A DNA stretch of 64,000 bases from Mobula hypostoma. Lineage: Eukaryota. Below, piece by piece: positions 26,640-40,000 of the stretch. The stretch covers positions 66,156,001 through 66,220,000 of the forward strand of contig NC_086097.1 of the NCBI RefSeq assembly GCF_963921235.1. The letters run 5' to 3'. The position numbers were made by a program, and so were the translations under genes. Numbering within the stretch: position 1 is the first letter of the stretch; each line of letters opens with the position of its first letter. The notes under the pieces are model-generated. The model did not search any database. It was not told where the DNA came from and saw only the letters and a list, made by a program, of their open reading frames with translations.

Positions 26640-29600
26640 GCGAGGCTGGAGGCTGGAGACTAGGGGCGAGGCGAGGCTGGAGGCTGGAGACTAGGGGCGA
26701 GGCGAGTCTGGAGGCTGGAGACTAGGGGCGTAGCGAGGCTGGAGACTAGGGGCGAGGCGAGGCTGGAGGTTGGAGACCAGGGGCGAGGCGAGGCTGGAGA
26801 CTGGAGACCAGATGCGAGGCGAGGCTGGAGGCTGGAGACTAGAGGATTGGCGAGGCTGGTGATGCGAGACAAGTCGAGGCTGGAGACGCAAGGCGAGGCT
26901 GGAGACTAGGGGCAGGGCGAGGCGAGGCTGGAGGGTGGAGACTAGGGACGAGGCGAGGCTGGAGGCTGGAGACTAGCGGCGAGGCAAGGCTGGAGGCTGG
27001 AGACTAGGGGCGAGTCGAGGTTGGAGACGAGGGGCGAGGCGAGGCTGGAGGCTGGAGACTAGAGGCGGGGCGAGGCTGGAGACTAGAGGCGGGGCGAGCC
27101 AGGAGGCTGGAGACTAGAGGCGAGGCTGGAGGCTGGCGACTGGAGGCAAGGTGAGGTGAGGCTGGAGGCTGGAGACTGGGGGCGACGCGAGGGTGGAGGC
27201 TGGAGACCGGGGGCGACGCGAGGCTGGAGGCTGGAGACTAGAAGCAAGGCTGGAGGCTGGAGACCAGATGCGAGGCGAGGCTGGAGGCTGGAGACCCGGG
27301 GCGGGGCGAGGCTGGAGGCTGGAGACTAGAAGCAAGGCTGGAGGCTGGAGACTAGGGGCGAGGCTAGCCAGGAGGCTGGAGACTAGAGGCGGGGCGAGCA
27401 AGGAGGCTGGAGACTAGAGGCGGGGCGAGCCAGGAGGCTGGAGACTAGAGGCGGGGCGAGCCAGGAGGCTGGAGACTAGAGGCGAGGCTGGAGGCTGGCG
27501 ACTAGAGGCAAGGTGAGGTGAGGCTGGAGGCTGGAGACTAGGGGCGACGCGAGGCTGGAGGCTGGAGACTGGAGACCGGGGGCGACGCGAGGCTGGAGGC
27601 TGGAGACCAGATGCGAGGCGAGGCTGGAGGCTGGAGGCTGGAGACCCGGGGCGGGGCGAGGCTGGAGGCTGGAGACCCGGGGCGGGGCGAGGCTGGAGGC
27701 TGGAAACTAGGGGCGAGGCTGGTGGCTGGAGACTAGAGGCGAGGCGAGGCTGGAGGCTGGAGACCAGAGGCGAGGCGAGGCTGGAGGCTGGAGACAAGAG
27801 GCGCGGCGAGCCAGGAGGCTGGAGACTAGAGGCGAGGCTGTAGGCTGGAGACTGGAGGCGAGGCTGGAGGCTGGAGACCAGAGGCGAGGCTGGAGGCTGG
27901 AGACCAGAGGCGAGGCGAGTCTAGAGGCTGGAGACCAGATGCGAGGCGAGGCTGGAGGCTGGAGTCGAGGCGAGGCTGGAGGCTGGAGACTAGAGGATTG
28001 GCGAGGTTGGAGATTAGAGGATTGGCGAGGCTGGTGTTGCGAGACGAGTCGAGGCTGGAGACGCAAGGCGAGGCGAGAGTGGAGGCTGGAGACTAGTGGC
28101 GAGGCGAGGCTGGAGACTAGTGGCAAGGCGAGGCTGGAGACTAGAGGCGAGGCAAGGCTGGAGACTCGGGGTGGAGTGAGGCTGGAGGCTGGAGACTAGG
28201 GGCGAGGCAAAACTGGAGGCTGGTGACTAGGGGCGAAGCGAAGCTGGAGGCTGTAGACTAGAGGCGAGGCGAGGAGGCTGGAGACTAGGGGCGAGGCGAG
28301 GCTGGAGGCTGGAGACTAGGGGCGAGGCGAGGCTGGAGTCTGGAGACTAGGGGCCAGGCGAGGCTGGAGGCTGGAGACTATGGGCGACGCGAGGCTGGAG
28401 GCTGGAGACCGGGGGCGACGCGAGGCTGGAGGCTGGAGATTAGAAGCAAGGCTGGAGGCTGGAGACCAGATGCGAGGCGAGGCTGGAGGCTGGAGACCCG
28501 GGGCGGGGCGAGGCTGGAGGCTGGAGACCCGGGGCGGGGCGAGGCTGGAGGCTGGAGACTAGAAGCGAGGCTGGAGGCTGGAGACTAGAGGCGTGGTGAG
28601 GCTGGAGGCTGGAGACTAGATGCGAGGCGAGGCTGGAGGCTGGAGACTAGGGGCGAGGCGAGCCTGGAGGCTGGAGACTAGAGGCGGGGCGAGCCAGGAG
28701 GCTGGAGACTAGAGGCGGGGCGAGCCAGGAGGCTGGAGACTAGAGGCGAGGCTGGAGGCTGGCGACTAGAGGCAAGGTGAGGTGAGGCTGGAGGCTGGAG
28801 ACTAGGGGCGACGCGAGGCTGGAGGCTGGAGACTGGAGACCGGGGGCGACGTGAGGCTGGAGGCTGGAGACCAGATGCGAGGCGAGGCTGGAGGCTGGAA
28901 ACTAGGGGCGAGGCTGGTGGCTGGAGACTAGAGGCGAGGCGAGGCTGGAGGCTGGAGACCAGAGGCGAGGCGAGGCTGGAGGCTGGAGACAAGAGGCGGG
29001 GCGAGCCAGGAGGCTGGAGACTAGAGGCGAGGCTGTAGGCTGGAAACTGGAGGCGAGGCTGGAGGCTGGAGTCTGGTGGCTAGAGGCGGGGCGAGCCTGG
29101 AGGCTGGAGACTAGAGGCGGGGCGAGGCTGGAGACTAGAGGCGAGGCAAGGCTGGAGACCAGAGACATGGCGAGGCTGGAGACTAGAGGATTGGCGAGGT
29201 TGGAGACTAGAGAATTGGCGACGCTGGTGATGTGAGACGTGACGAGGCTGGAGACGTAAGGCCAGGCTGGAGACTAGGGGCAGGGCGAGGTGAGGCTGGA
29301 GGCTGGAGACTTGGGGCGATGCGAGGCTGTAGGCTGGAGACTGGAGGCGAGGTGAGGCTGGAGACTAGAGGCGAGGCGAGGCTGGAGACGCGAGACGAGT
29401 CGAGGCGAGAGTGGAGGCTGGAGACTAGTGGCGTGGTGAGGCTGGAGATTAGTGGCGAGGCGAGGCTGGAGGCTGGAGACTAGGGGCGAGGCGAGGCTGG
29501 AGGCTGGAGACTAGCGGCAAAGAGAGGCTGGAGGCTGGAGACTAGAGGTGGGGCGAGGCTGGAGACTAGAGGCGGGGCGAGGCTGGAGACTAGAGACTGG

Positions 29601-32600
29601 AGACGCGAGGCGAGGCTGGAGACTAGAGACTAGAGGAGAGGCGAGGCTGGAGACACAAGACGAGTCGAGGCGAGAGTGGAGGCTGGAGACTAGAGGCGGG
29701 GCGAGGCTGGAGACTAGAGACTGGAGACGCGAGGCGAGGCTGGAGACTTGAGGAGATGCGAGGCTGGAGACGCGAGACGAGTCGAGGCGAGAGTGGAGGC
29801 TGGAGACTAGGGGCGAGGCGAGGCTGAAGACTAGGGGCGAGGCAAGGCTGGAGGCTGGTGACTAGGGGCGAAGCGAAGCTGGAGGCTGTAGACCAGTGGC
29901 GAGGTTGGAGACTAGAGGCGTGGTGAGGCTGGTGGCTGGAGACTAGGGGCGAGGCGAGGCTGGAGGCTGGAGACTAGGGGCGAGGCGAGGCTGGAGGCTG
30001 GAGACTGGGGGCGACGCGAGGGTGGAGGCTGGAGACCGGGGGCGACGCGAGGCTGGAGGCTGGAGACTAGAAGCAAGGCTGGAGGCTGGAGACCAGATGC
30101 GAGGCGAGGCTGGAGGCTGGAGACCCGGGGCGGGGCGAGGCTGGAGGCTGGAGACTAGAGGCGAGGCTGGAGGCTGGAGACTAGAGGCGTGGTGAGGCTG
30201 GAGGCTGGAGACTAGATGCGAGGCGAGGCTGGAGGCTGGAGACTAGGGGCGAGGCGAGGCTGGAGGCTGGAGACTAGAGGCGGGGCGAGCCTGGAGGCTG
30301 GAGACTAGAGGCGGGGCGAGGCTGGAGGCTGGAGACGAGAGGCGAGGCGAGGCTGGAGGCCAGAGGCGAGGTGAGGCTGGAGGCTGGAGACTAGGGAGGC
30401 GAGGCGAGGCTGGAGGCTGGAGACTAGGGGCGAGGCGAGGCTGGAGGCTGGAGACTAGAGGCGAGGCGAGGCTGGAGGCTGGAGACTAGGGGCGAGGCGA
30501 GGCTGGAGGCTGGAGACGAGAGGCGAGGCGAGGCTGGAGGCTGGAGACTTGAGGCGAGGCGAGGCTGGAGGCTGAAGACAAGAGGCGGGGCGAGCCAGGA
30601 GGCTGGAGACTAGAGGCGAGGCTGTAGGCTGGAAACTGGAGGCGAGGCTGGAGGCTGGAGTCTGGTGGCTAGAGGCGGGGCGAGCCTGGAGGCTGGAGAC
30701 TAGAGGCGAGGCGAGGCTGGAGACTGGAGACATGGCGAGGCTGGAGGCTGGAGACTAGAGGATTGGCGAGGTTGGAGACTAGAGGATTGGCGACGCTGGT
30801 GATGTGAGACGTGTCGAGGCTGGAGACGTAAGGCGAGGCTGGAGACTTGAGGCGAGGTGAGGCTGGAGGCTGGAGACTAGAGGCGAGGCTGGAGGCTGGA
30901 GACTGGAGGCGTGGTGAGGCTGGAGGCTGGAGACTAGAGGCGAGGCGAGGCTGGAGACGCGAGACGAGTCGAGACGAGAGTGGAGGCTGGAGACTAGTGG
31001 CGTGGTGAGGCTGGAGATTAGTGGCGAGGCGAGGCGAGGCTGGAGACTTGGGGCGAGGCGAGGCTGGAGGCTGGAAACTAGCGGCAAAGAGAGGCTGGAG
31101 GCTGGAGACTAGAGGTGGGGCGAGGCTGGAGACTAGAGGCGGGGCGAGGCTGGAGACTAGAGACTGGAGACGCGAGGCGAGGCTGGAGACTAGAGGAGAG
31201 GCGAGGCTGGAGACACAAGACGAGTCGAGGCGAGAGTGGAGGCTGGAGACTAGAGGCGGGGCGAGGCTGGAGACTAGAGACTGGAGACGCGAGGCGAGGC
31301 TGGAGACTTGAGGAGATGCGAGGCTGGAGACGCGAGACGAGTCGAGGCGAGAGTGGAGGCTGGAGACTAGGGGCGAGGCGAGGCTGAAGACTAGGGGCGA
31401 GGCAAGGCTGGAGGCTGGTGACTAGGGGCGAAGCGAAGCTGGAGGCTGTAGACCAGTGGCGAGGTTGGAGACTAGAGGCGTGGTGAGGCTGGTGGCTGGA
31501 GACTAGATGCGAGGCGAGGCTGGAGGCTGGAAACTTAGGGCGAGGCGAGGCTGGAGGCTGGAGACAAGAGGCGGGGCGAGCCAGGAGGCTGGAGACTAGA
31601 GGCGGGGCGAGGCTGGAGGCTGGAGACTAGGGGCGAGGCGAGGCTGGAGACTGGAGGCAAGGTGAGGCGAGGCTGGAGGCTGGAGACTAGGGGCGAGGCG
31701 AGGCTGGAGGCTGGAGACTAGGGGCGAGGCGAGGCTGGAGGCTGGTGACTAGGGGCGAAGCGAAGCTGGAGGCTGTAGACTAGTGGCGAGGCTGGAGGCT
31801 GGAGGCTGGAGACTAGAGGCGAATCTGGAGACGGAGGCGAGGTGAGGCTGGAGGGTGGAGACTAGACGCGAGGCTGGAGGCTCGAGATCAGAGGTGAGGC
31901 TGGAGGCTAGAGGCGAGGCTGGAGACTAGAGGCGAGGCTGGAGGCTAGAGACTAGAAGCGAGGCGAGGCTGGGGGCTGGAGACTAGGGGCGAGGCGAGGC
32001 TGGTGACTGGAGACTAGGGGCGAGGCGAGTCTGGAGGCTGGAGACTAGGGGCGTAGCGAGACGAGGCTGGAGACTAGAGGCGAGGCTGGAGGCAGGAGAC
32101 TAGAGGCAAGGCTGGAGGCTGGAGACCAGATGCGAGGCGAGGCTGGAGGCTGGAGACTAGAGGATTGGCGAGGTTGGAGACTAGAGGATTGGCGAGGCTG
32201 GTGATGCGAGACGAGTCGAGGCTGGAGACACAAGGCGAGGCTGGAGACTAGGGGCAGGGCGAGCCGAGGCTGGAGGGTGGAGACTAGGGATGAGGTGAGG
32301 CTGGAGGCTGGAGACTAGCGGCGAGGCAAGGCTGGAGGCTGGAGTCTAGGGGCGAGGCGAGGCTGGAGGCTGGAGACTAGGGGCGAGGCGAGGCTGGAGG
32401 CTGGAGACTAGGGGCGAGGCGAGGCTGGAGGCTGGAGACTAGAGGCGGGGCGAGGCTGGAGGCTGGAGACTGGAGGCGGGGCGAGGCTGGAGGCTGGAGA
32501 CTGGAGGCAAGGTGAGGCGAGGCTGGAGGCTGGAGACTAGGGGCGACGCGAGGCTGGAGGCTGGAGACCGGGGGCGACGCGAGGCTGGAGGCTGGAGACT

Positions 32601-33240
32601 AGAAGCAAGGCTGGAGGCTGGAGACCAGATGCGAGGCGAGGCTGGAGGCTGGAGACCCGGGGCGGGGCGAGGCTGGAGGCTGGAAACTAGGGGCGAGGCT
32701 GGAGGCTGGAGACTAGGGGCGAGGCTAGCCAGGAGGCTGGAGACTAGAGGCGGGGCGAGCAAGGAGGCTGGAGACTAGAGGCGGGGCGAGCCAGGAGGCT
32801 GGAGACTAGAGGCGGGGCGAGCCAGGAGGCTGGAGACTAGAGGCGAGGCTGGAGGCTGGCGACTAGAGGCAAGGTGAGGTGAGGCTGGAGGCTGGAGACT
32901 AGGGGCGACGCGAGGCTGGAGGCTGGAGACTGGAGACCGGGGGCGACGCGAGGCTGGAGGCTGGAGACCAGATGCGAGGCGAGGCTGGAGGCTGGAGGCT
33001 GGAGACCCGGGGCGAGGCGAGGCTGGAGGCTGGAGACTAGGGGCGGGGCGAGGCTGGAGGCTGGAAACTAGGGGCGAGGCTGGTGGCTGGAGACTAGAGG
33101 CGAGGCGAGGCTGGAGGCTGGAGACCAGAGGCGAGGCGAGGCTGGAGGCTGGAGACAAGAGGCGGGGCGAGCCAGGAGGCTGGAGACTAGAGGCGAGGCT
33201 GTAGGCTGGAGACTGGAGGCGAGGCTGGAGGCTGGAGTCT
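26640..33240 (+). repeat. Higher-order duplication: ~26640-27880 copied at ~31980-33240 (offset ~5.3-5.4 kb)
   Basis: GGCGTAGCGAG occurs at ~26728 and ~32051, and GCTAGCCAGGA...GAGCAAGGA at ~27363 and ~32724. ORF-track peptides at 27414/32775 are near-identical (offset 5361). Confidence 0.85.
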
Positions 33241-34080
33241 GGTGGCTAGAGGCGGGGCGAGCCTGGAGGCTGGAGACTAGAGGCGAGGCGTGGCTGGAGA
33301 CTAGAGACATGGCGAGGCTGGAGGCTGGAGACTAGAGGATTGGCGAGGTTGGAGACTAGAGGATTGGCGACGCTGGTGATGTGAGACGTGTCGAGGCTGG
33401 AGACGTAAGGCCAGGCTGGAGACTAGGGGCAGGGCGAGGTGACGCTGGAGGCTGGAGACTAGAGGCGAGGCTGTAGGCTGGAGACTGGAGACGCGAGGCG
33501 AGGCTGGAGACTAGAGGAGAGGCGAGGCTGGAGACGCGAGACGAGTCGAGACGAGAGTGGAGGCTGGAGACTAGTGGCGTGGTGAGGCTGGAGATTAGTG
33601 GCGAGGCGAGGCGAGGCTGGAGACTAGGGGCGAGGCGAGGCTGGAGGCTGGAGACTAGGGGCGAGGCTGGAGGCTGGAGACTAGAGGTGGGGCGAGGCTG
33701 GAGACTAGAGGCGGGGCGAGGCTGGAGACTAGAGACTGGAGACGCGAGGCGAGGCTGGAGACTAGAGGAGAGGCGAGGCTGGAGACACAAGACGAGTCGA
33801 GGCGAGAGTGGAGGCTGGAGACTAGAGGCGGGGCGAGGCTGGAGACTAGAGACTGGAGACGCGAGGCGAGGCTGGAGACTTGAGGAGATGCGAGGCTGGA
33901 GACGCGAGACGAGTCGAGGCGAGAGTGGAGGCTGGAGACTAGGGGCGAGGCGAGGCTGGAGACTAGGGGCGAGGCGAGGCTGGAGGCTGGAGACTAGGGG
34001 CGAAGCGAAGCTGGAGGCTGTAGACCAGTGGCGAGGTTGGAGACTAGAGGCGTGGTGAGGCTGGTGGCTGGAGACTAGAT
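29520..34080 (+). repeat. Three copies of a ~420-bp block (~29520-29940, ~31085-31500, ~33680-34080)
   Basis: All three share GACACAAGACGAGTCGA, GACTTGAGGAGATGCG and GACCAGTGGCGAGGTTGGAGACTAGAGGCGTGGTG in the same order. Confidence 0.85.
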
Positions 34081-37000
34081 GCGAGGCGAGGCTGGAGGCT
34101 GGAAACTTAGGGCGAGGCGAGGCTGGAGGCTGGAGACAAGAGGCGGGGCGAGCCAGGAGGCTGGAGACTAGAGGCGGGGCGAGCCAGGAGGCTGGAGACT
34201 AGAGGCGGGGCTGGAGGCTGGCGACTGGAGGCAAGGTGAGGTGAGGCTGGAGGCTGGAGACTAGGGGCGAGGCGAGGCGAGGCTGGAGACTAGGGGCGAC
34301 GCGAGGCTGGAGGCTGGAGACTGGAGACCGGGGGCGACTCGAGGCTGGAGGCTGGAGACCAGATGCGAGGCGAGGCTGGAGGCTGGAGACCAGGGGCGAG
34401 GCGAGGCTGGAGGCTGGAGACCAGATGCGAGGCGAGGCTGGAGGCTGGAGACCCGGGGCGGGGCGAGGCTGGAGGCTGGAGACTAGGGGCGAGGCGAGGC
34501 TGGAGGCTGGAGACTAGGGGCGAGGCGAGGCTGGAGGCTGGAGACTAGAGGCGAGGCGAGGCTGGAGGCTGGAGACTAGAGGCGAGGCGAGGCTGGAGGC
34601 TGGAGACTTGAGGCGAGGCGAGGCTGGAGGCTGGAGACTTGAGGCGAGGCGAGGCTGGAGGCTGGAGACTAGAGGCGAGGCGAGGCTGGAGGCTGGAGAC
34701 AGGCGAGGCTGTAGGCTGGAAACTGGAGGCGAGGCTGGAGGCTGGAGACCAGAGGCGAGGCTGGAGGCTGGAGACTAGAGGATTGGCGACGCTGGTGATG
34801 TGAGACGTGTCGAGGCTGGAGATGTAAGGCGAGGCTGGAGACTAGGGGCAGGGCGAGGCGAGGCTGGAGGGTGGAGACTAGGGACGAGGCGAGGCTGGAG
34901 GCTGGAAACTAGCGGCAAAGTGAGGCTGGAGGCTGGTGACGAGGGGCGAAGCGAGGCTGGAGGCTGGAGACTAGAGGCGGGGCGCGGCTGGAGCCTAGAG
35001 GTGGGGCGAGGCTGGAGACTAGAGACTGGAGACGCGAGGCGAGGCTGGAGACTAGAGGAGAGGCGAGGCTGGAGACGCGAGACGAGTCGAGGCGAGAGTG
35101 GAGGCTGGAGACTAGTGGCGTGGCGAGGCTGGAGATTAGTGGCGAGGCGAGGCTGGAGACTAGGGGCGAGGCGAGGCTGGAGGCTGGAGACTAGGGGCGA
35201 GGCTGGAGGCTGGTGACTAGGGGCGAAGCGAGGCTGGAGGCTGGAGACTAGAGGCGGGGCGCGGCTGGAGCCTAGAGGTGGGGCGAGGCTGGAGACTAGA
35301 GGAGAGGCGAGGCTGGAGACGCGAGACGAGTCAAGGCGAGAGTGGAGGCTGGAGACTAGTGGCGAGGCGAGGCGAGGCTGGAGACTAGGGGCGAGGCGAG
35401 GCTGGAGACTAGGGGTGGAGTGAGACTGGAGGCTGGAGACTAGAGGCGGGGCGAGCCAGGAGGCTGGAGACTAGAGGCGGGGCGAAGCTGGAGACTAGAG
35501 GTGGTGCGAGGCTGGAGACTGGAGACTGGAGACGCGAGGCGAGGCTGGAGACTAGAGGAGCGGCGAGGCTGGAGATGCGAGACGAGTCGAGGCGAGAGTG
35601 GAGGCTGGAGACTAGTGGCGTGGCGAGGCTGGAGATTAGTGGCGAGGCGAGGCGAGGCTGGATACTAGGGTCGAGGCGAGGCTGGAGACTAGGGGTGGAG
35701 TGAGACTGGAGGCTGGAGACTAGGGGCGAGGCAAGGCTGGAGGCTGGTGACTAGGGGCGAAGCGAAGCTGGAGGCTGTAGACTAGTGGCGAGGTTGGAGG
35801 CTAGGGGCGAGGCGAGGCTGGAGGCTGGAGACTAGGGGCGAGGCGAGGCTGGAGGCTGGAGACTAGAAGCGAGGCGAGTCAAGGCTGGAGGCTGGAGACT
35901 AGAAGCGAGGCGAGTCGAGGCTGGAGGCTGGAGACTTGGGGCGAGGCGAGGCTGTAGGCTGGAGACTAGAGGCGAGGCTGTAGGCTGGAGACTAGAGGCG
36001 AGGCGAGGCTGGAGGCTGGAGACTAGAGGCGAGGCGAGGCTGGAGGCTGGAGGCTAGAGGCGAGTCGAGGCTGGAGGCTGGAGACTAGGGGCGAGGCGAG
36101 GCTGGAGGCTGGAGACTTGGGGCGAGGCGAGGCTGTAGGCTGGAGACTGGAGGCGAGGCTGTAGGCTGGAGACTAGAGGCGAGGTGAGGCTGGAGACGCG
36201 AGGCGAGGCTGGAGGCTGGAGACTAGAGGCGAGGCGAGGCTGGAGGCTGGAGACTAGGGGTGGGGCGAGGCTGGAGGCTAGGGGCGGGGCGACGCTGGGG
36301 GCTGGAGACTATGGGCGGGGTGAGGCGAGGCTGGAGACTAGGGGCGAGGCAAGGCTGGAGACAAGGGGTGGAGTGAGGCTGCAGGCTGGAGACTAGGGGC
36401 GAGGCAAGGCTGGAGACTAGGGGCGAGGCGAGGCTGGAGGTTGGAGACCAGGGGCGAGGCGAGGCTGGAGACTGGAGACCAGAGAGCGAGGCGAGGCTGG
36501 AGACTGAGGCGAGGTGAGGCTGGAGGGTGGAGACTAGAGGCGAGGCTGGAGGCTCGAGATCAGAGGTGAGGCTGGAGGCTCGAGAACAGAGGTGAGGCTG
36601 GAGACTAGAGGCGAGGCTGGATACTAGAGGGAGGCTGGAGACTAGGGGCGAGGCGAGGCTGGAGGCTGGAGACTAGGGGCGAGGCGAGGCTGGAGGCTGG
36701 AGACTAGGGGCGAGGCGAGGCTGGAGGCTGGAGACTAGGGGCGAGGCGAGGCTGGAGGCTGGAGACTAGAGGCGAGGCTGGAGACTGGAGACTAGACGCG
36801 AGGCTGGAGGCTCGAGACCAGAGGCGAGGCTGGAGACTAGAGGCGAGCCTGGAGGCTGGAGACTAGAAGCGAGGCGAGGCTGGAGGCTGGAGACTAGGGG
36901 CGAGGCGAGTCGAGGCTGGAGGCTGGAGACTTGGGGCGAGGCGAGGCTGGAGGCTGGAGACTAGAGGCGAGGCTGGAGGCTGGAGACTAGAAGCGAGGCG

Positions 37001-40000
37001 AGGCTGGAGGCTGAAGCGAGGCGAGGCTGGAGGCTGGAGACTAGGGGCGAGGCGAGGCTGTAGGCTGGAGACTAGAGGCGAGGCGAGGCTGTAGGCTGGA
37101 GACTAGGGGCGAGGCAAGGCTGGAGACTAGGGGTGGAGTGAGGCTGGAGGCTGGAGACTAGGGGCGAGGCGAGGCTGGAGGCTGGAGACTAGGGGCGGGG
37201 CGAGGCTGGAGGCTGGAGACTAGGGGCGAGGCGAGGCTGGAGGCTGGAGACTAGGGGTGGAGTGAGGCTGGAGGCTGGAGACTAGGGGCGAGGCGAGGCT
37301 GGAGGCTGGAGACTAGGGGCGAGGCGAGGCTGGAGGCTGGAGACTAGGGGCGAGGCTGGAGGCTGGAGACTAGAGGCGGGGCGAGGCTGGAGGCTGGAGA
37401 CTAGAGGCGAGGCGAGGCTGGAGGCCAGAGGCGAGGCGAGGCTGGAGGCTGGAGACTAGAGGCGAGGCGAGGCTGGAGGCTGGAGACTAGAGGCGAGGCG
37501 CGGCTGGAGGAGTGAGGCAAGCTGGAGGCTGGAGACGCGAGGCGAGGCTGGAGGCTGGAGACTAGGGGTGGGGCGAGGCTGGAGGCTGGAGACTAGGGGC
37601 GAGGCGAGGCTGGAGGCTGGAGACTAGGGGCGAGGCGAGGCTGGAGGCTGGAGACCAGGGGCGAGGCGAGGCTGGAGGCTGGAGACTAGAGGCGAGGCTG
37701 TAGGCTGGAGACTGGAGGCGTGGTGAGGCTGGTGGCTGGAGACTAGAGGCGAGGCGAGGCTAGAGGCTGGAGACGAGAGGCGAGGCGAGGCTGGAGGCTG
37801 GAGACAGGCGAGGCGAGGCTGGAGGCTGGAGACTAGGGGCGAGGCGAGGCTGGAGGCTGGAGACTAGGGGCGAGGCGAGGCTGGAGGCTGGAGACTAGAG
37901 GCGGGGCGAGGCTGGAGGCTGGAGACTGGAGGCGGGGCGAGGCTGGAGGCTGGAGACTACAGGCGGGGCTGGAGACTGGAGACGCGAGGCGAGGCTGGAG
38001 ACGAGAGGAGAGACGAGGCTGGAGACTAGTGGCGAGGCGAGAGTGGAGGCTGGAGACTAGTGGCGAGGCGAGGCTGGAGACTAGTGGCAAGGCGAGGCTG
38101 GAGACTAGAGGCGAGGCAAGGCTGGAGACTAGGGGTGGAGTGAGGCTGGAGGCTGGAGACTAGGGGTGGAGTGAGGCTGGAGGCTGGAGACTAGGGGCGA
38201 GGCGAGGCTGGAGGCTGGAGACTAGGGGCGAGGCGAGGCTGGAGGCTGGAGACTAGGGGCGAGGCGAGGCTGGAGGCTGGAGACTAGAGGCGAGGCTGGA
38301 GGCTGGAGACTAGAGGCGAGGCTGGAGGCTGGAGACTAGAGGCGAGGCGAGGCTGGAGACTAGAGGAGAGGCGAGGCTGGAGGCTGGAGAAGCGAGGCGA
38401 GGCTGGAGGCTGGAGACTAGGGGCGAGGCGAGGCTGGAGGCTGGAGACTAGGGGCGGGGTGAGGCTGGAGGCTGGAGACTAGGGGCGAGGCGAGGCTGGA
38501 GGCTGGAGACCAGGGGCGAGGCGAGGCTGGAGGCTGGAGACTGGAGGCGAGGCGAGGCTGGAGGCTGGAGACTAGATGCGAGGCGAGGCTGGAGGCTGGA
38601 GACTAGAGGCGAGGCTGGAGGCTGGAGACTAGAGGCGAGGCGAGGGTGGAGGCTGGAGACTTGAGGCAAGGCGAGGTTGGAGGCTGGAGACTAGGGGCGA
38701 GGCGAGGCTGGAGGCTGGAGACTAGGGGCGAGGCGAGGCTGGAGGCTGGAGACTAGAGGCGGGGCGAGGCTGGAGGCTGGAGACTAGAGGCGTGGCGAGG
38801 CTGGAGGCTGGAGACTAGAGGCGAGGCGAGGCTGGAGGCTGGAGACGAGAGGCGAGGCGAGGCTGGAGACTAGTGGCAAGGCGAGGCTGGAGACTAGAGG
38901 CGAGGCGAGAGTGGAGGCTGGAGACTAGTGGCGTGGCGAGGCTGGAGATTAGTGGCGAGGCGAGGCGAGGCTGGAGACTAGGGGCGAGGCGAGGCTGGAG
39001 ACTAGGGGTGGAGTGAGACTGGAGGCTGGAGACTAGGGGTGGAGTGAGGCTGGAGGCTGGAGACTAGGGGCGAGGCGAGGCTGGAGGCTGGAGACTAGAA
39101 GCGAGGCGAGTCGAGGCTGGCGGCTGGAGACTTGGGGCGAGGCGAGGCTGTAGGCTGGAGACTAGAGGCGAGGTTGTAGGCTGGAGACTAGAGGCGAAGC
39201 TGTAGGCTGGAGACTGGAGGCGAGGCGAGGCTGGAGGCGTGAGGCGAGGCTGGAGACGCAAGGCGAGGCTGGAGGCTGGAGACGAGGGGTGGGGCGAGGC
39301 TGGAGACTAGGGGCGGGGCGACGCTGGGGGCTGGAGACTAGGGGCGGGGTGAGGCGAGGCTGGAGACTAGGGGCGAGGCGAGGCTGTGGGCTGGAGACTA
39401 GCGGCGAGGCTGTAGGCTGGAGACTAGAGGCGAGGCTGTAGGCTGGAGACTAGAGGCGAGGCGAGGCTGGAGGCTGGAGACTAGAGGCAGGGCGAGGCTG
39501 GAGGCTAGAAACTAGCGTTAAAGTGAGGCTGGAGGCTGGAGACTAGGGGCGAGGCGAGGCTGGAGGCTGGAGACTAGAGGCGGGGCGAGGCTGGAGACTG
39601 GAGGCGTGGCGAGGCTGGTGGCTGGAGACTAGAGGCGAGGCGAGGCTGGAGGCTGGAGACGAGAGGCGAGGCTGGAGGCTGGAGACTAGTGGCGAGGCGA
39701 GGCTGGAGGCTGGAGACTAGGGGCGAGGCGAGGCTGGAGGCTGGAGACTAGGGGCGAGGCGAGGCTGGAGGCTGGAGACTCGGGGCGAGGCGAGGCTGGA
39801 GGCTGGAGACCGGAGGCGAGGCTGTAGGCTGGAGACCGGAGGTGAGGCTGGAGGCTGGAGACCAGAGGCGAGGCTCGAGGCTGGAGACCAGAGGCGAGGC
39901 GAGGCTGGAGGCTGGAGACTAGGGGCGAAGCGAAGCTGGAGGCTGGAGACTAGAGGCGGGGCGAAGCTGGAGACTAGAGGTGGTGCGAGGCTGGAGACTG

